Below, piece by piece: positions 62,423-64,000 of a DNA stretch of 64,000 nt. Both the position numbers and the translations under genes were made by a program. Under the pieces are notes generated by a model. It worked only from the letters and a program-made list of their open reading frames with translations, did not search any database and was not told where the DNA came from. Positions within the stretch are counted from its first letter, which is position 1; every line of letters starts with the position of its first letter. The stretch is from an uncultured Verrucomicrobiaceae bacterium (lineage in GTDB: Bacteria; Pseudomonadota; Gammaproteobacteria; Pseudomonadales; CAMLJR01), in assembly GCA_964515735.1 (NCBI GenBank), contig CAZEVP010000008.1, positions 7,945-71,944 of the forward strand, read 5' to 3'.

Positions 62423-63892
62423 GTGTCCGACACCGAACTGCATCAACTGACACTGGCCGGGCAGCTGCAGGCGCTGGCCGACAGACGCTGCTCCAGCGAG
62501 GAGCTGGTGCTGCACCATCTGGCGCGCATCGAGCGCCTCGACCAGCGCTTCAACAGCTTCGTCACGCTGACCGCCGACGCCGCCATCGATGCCGCCCGCG
62601 CCGCCGACAGCGCGCGCGCGCGCGGCGAGGCCGGCCCACTGACCGGCGTGCCGATCGCACACAAGGATCTGTTCTGCACGCAGGGCGTGCGCACCGCTTG
62701 CGGCTCGAAGATGCTCGACAACTTCGTCGCGCCGTACAGCGCGTTCATCGTCGGGAAGCTCGCCGCCGCCGGTGCGGTGACGCTCGGCAAGCTGAACATG
62801 GACGAGTTCGCGATGGGCTCGTCGAACGAATCGAGCTGGTACGACCCGGTAAAAAACCCGTGGGATGAGAACTGCGTGCCGGGCGGCAGCTCGGGCGGCA
62901 GCGCCGCCGCCGTCGCCGCGCAGCTGTGCGCCGGCGCCACCGGCTCCGACACCGGCGGCTCGATCCGCCAGCCGGCCGCGCTGTGCGGCATCACCGGCCT
63001 GAAACCAACCTACGGCCGCGTCTCGCGCTACGGCATGGTGGCGTTCGCATCGAGTCTCGATCAGGCCGGCCCGATGGCGCGCACGGCAGAAGATTGCGCG
63101 CTGCTGCTGCAACAGATGGCCGGTTTCGATCAGCGCGACTCCACCTCGCTCGATCGCGCCGTGCCCGACTACGGCGCCGCGCTGAACGGTTCGCTCGACG
63201 GCCTGCGCATCGGCCTGCCGAAAGAGTATTTCGGCGCCGGCTGTCACCCCGAGATCGAGTCGGCGATTCAGGCCGCCATCAGGGAACTGGAAAAGCTCGG
63301 CGCGACGGTGCGCGAGATCAGCCTGCCGCACACCGAACTGGCGGTGCCGTGCTACTACGTCATCGCGCCGGCCGAGGCGTCGTCGAACCTGTCGCGTTTC
63401 GATGGCGTGCGCTACGGCCATCGCTGCGAAAACCCGCAGGACCTGATGGACCTCTACACCCGCTCGCGCGCCGAAGGTTTCGGTGAAGAGGTGAAGCGGC
63501 GCATTCTCGTGGGCACCTACGCGCTGTCGGCCGGCTACTACGACGCCTACTACCGCAAGGCGCAGCAGGTGCGCCGGCTGATCGCCAACGATTTCCGCGC
63601 GGCGTTCAGTGAGGTCGACCTGATCGCCGGTCCGACCACGCCGAACCCGGCGTTCCGTTTCGGCGAGAAGAGCGCCGACCCGGTCAGCATGTATCTCGAA
63701 GACATCTACACCATCGCGGTGAATCTGGCCGGGCTGCCGGCGATCAGCCTGCCGGCCGGCTTCGCGGGCAACCTGCCGGTCGGCCTGCAGCTGATCGGCA
63801 ACCATTTCAGCGAAGCGCGGCTGCTGAACGCCGGCCACCGCTTCCAGCAGGCCACCGACTGGCACCGGCGCAGCGCGCCGGGCATCGCGTGA
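62423..63892 (+). CDS. gatA: Glu/Asp-tRNA amidotransferase subunit A
   Basis: 489 aa, GTG start, amidase signature ([13 protein letters not shown].. [12 protein letters not shown]). Confidence 0.95.
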   Translation: MSDTELHQLTLAGQLQALADRRCSSEELVLHHLARIERLDQRFNSFVTLTADAAIDAARAADSARARGEAGPLTGVPIAHKDLFCTQGVRTACGSKMLDNFVAPYSAFIVGKLAAAGAVTLGKLNMDEFAMGSSNESSWYDPVKNPWDENCVPGGSSGGSAAAVAAQLCAGATGSDTGGSIRQPAALCGITGLKPTYGRVSRYGMVAFASSLDQAGPMARTAEDCALLLQQMAGFDQRDSTSLDRAVPDYGAALNGSLDGLRIGLPKEYFGAGCHPEIESAIQAAIRELEKLGATVREISLPHTELAVPCYYVIAPAEASSNLSRFDGVRYGHRCENPQDLMDLYTRSRAEGFGEEVKRRILVGTYALSAGYYDAYYRKAQQVRRLIANDFRAAFSEVDLIAGPTTPNPAFRFGEKSADPVSMYLEDIYTIAVNLAGLPAISLPAGFAGNLPVGLQLIGNHFSEARLLNAGHRFQQATDWHRRSAPGIA

Positions 63893-63902
63893 GGAGCCAT
63901 TG

Positions 63903-64000
63903 ATGAGTTGGGAAACCGTGATCGGGCTCGAAGTGCATGTGCAGCTCTCGACCCGCTCGAAAATCTTCTCCGGTGCTTCGACCGCGTTCGGCGCCGAGCC
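63903..64000 (+). CDS. gatB: Glu/Asp-tRNA amidotransferase subunit B (5' partial, runs off the window)
   Basis: The ATG at 63903 begins [32 protein letters not shown].., the typical GatB N-terminus. Confidence 0.85.
   Translation, partial: MSWETVIGLEVHVQLSTRSKIFSGASTAFGAE

Overview
This is a high-GC bacterial chromosomal window (hand-counted 60-nt lines run about 65-70% GC), densely coding on both strands. From 33 to 64 kb it is a housekeeping block. Its gene order matches what I remember for Pseudomonas-type Gammaproteobacteria: hisC-hisD-hisG-murA-ibaG-mlaBCDEF (minus), kdsD-kdsC-lptC-lptA-lptB-rpoN-hpf-ptsN-rapZ-ptsO-darP (plus), C-N hydrolase-yhdP-rng-maf-mreD-mreC-mreB (minus), then gatC-gatA-gatB (plus). 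The left third holds a complete coenzyme F420 gene set: an LLM oxidoreductase, fbiC and npdG on plus, converging with cofE-cofD-cofC on minus. These genes bracket an unusual operon (a TonB-dependent receptor plus four inner-membrane proteins) with a divergent AraC regulator. The left half also contains a ParDE toxin-antitoxin pair, rlmE, pirin, trkH, a LemA-TPM-TPM cluster, a DUF748 protein and motAB. The most anomalous segment is an AT-rich insertion of about 2.8 kb (about 29989-32745) between motB and hisC. Sampled lines there are 37-45% GC, against about 70% in motB. It encodes a single 851-aa MrfA/YprA/DruE-like SF2 helicase with a degenerate DUF1998 module that lacks the usual Cys cluster. 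Its right edge truncates a VapC-like PIN toxin gene after about 17 codons, leaving an orphan Phd/YefM-type antitoxin with a perfect palindromic operator. I recognised no rRNA, tRNA, CRISPR array, transposase or integrase by eye. Many long ORFs in the supplied track are antisense or alternate-frame artefacts of the high GC content.
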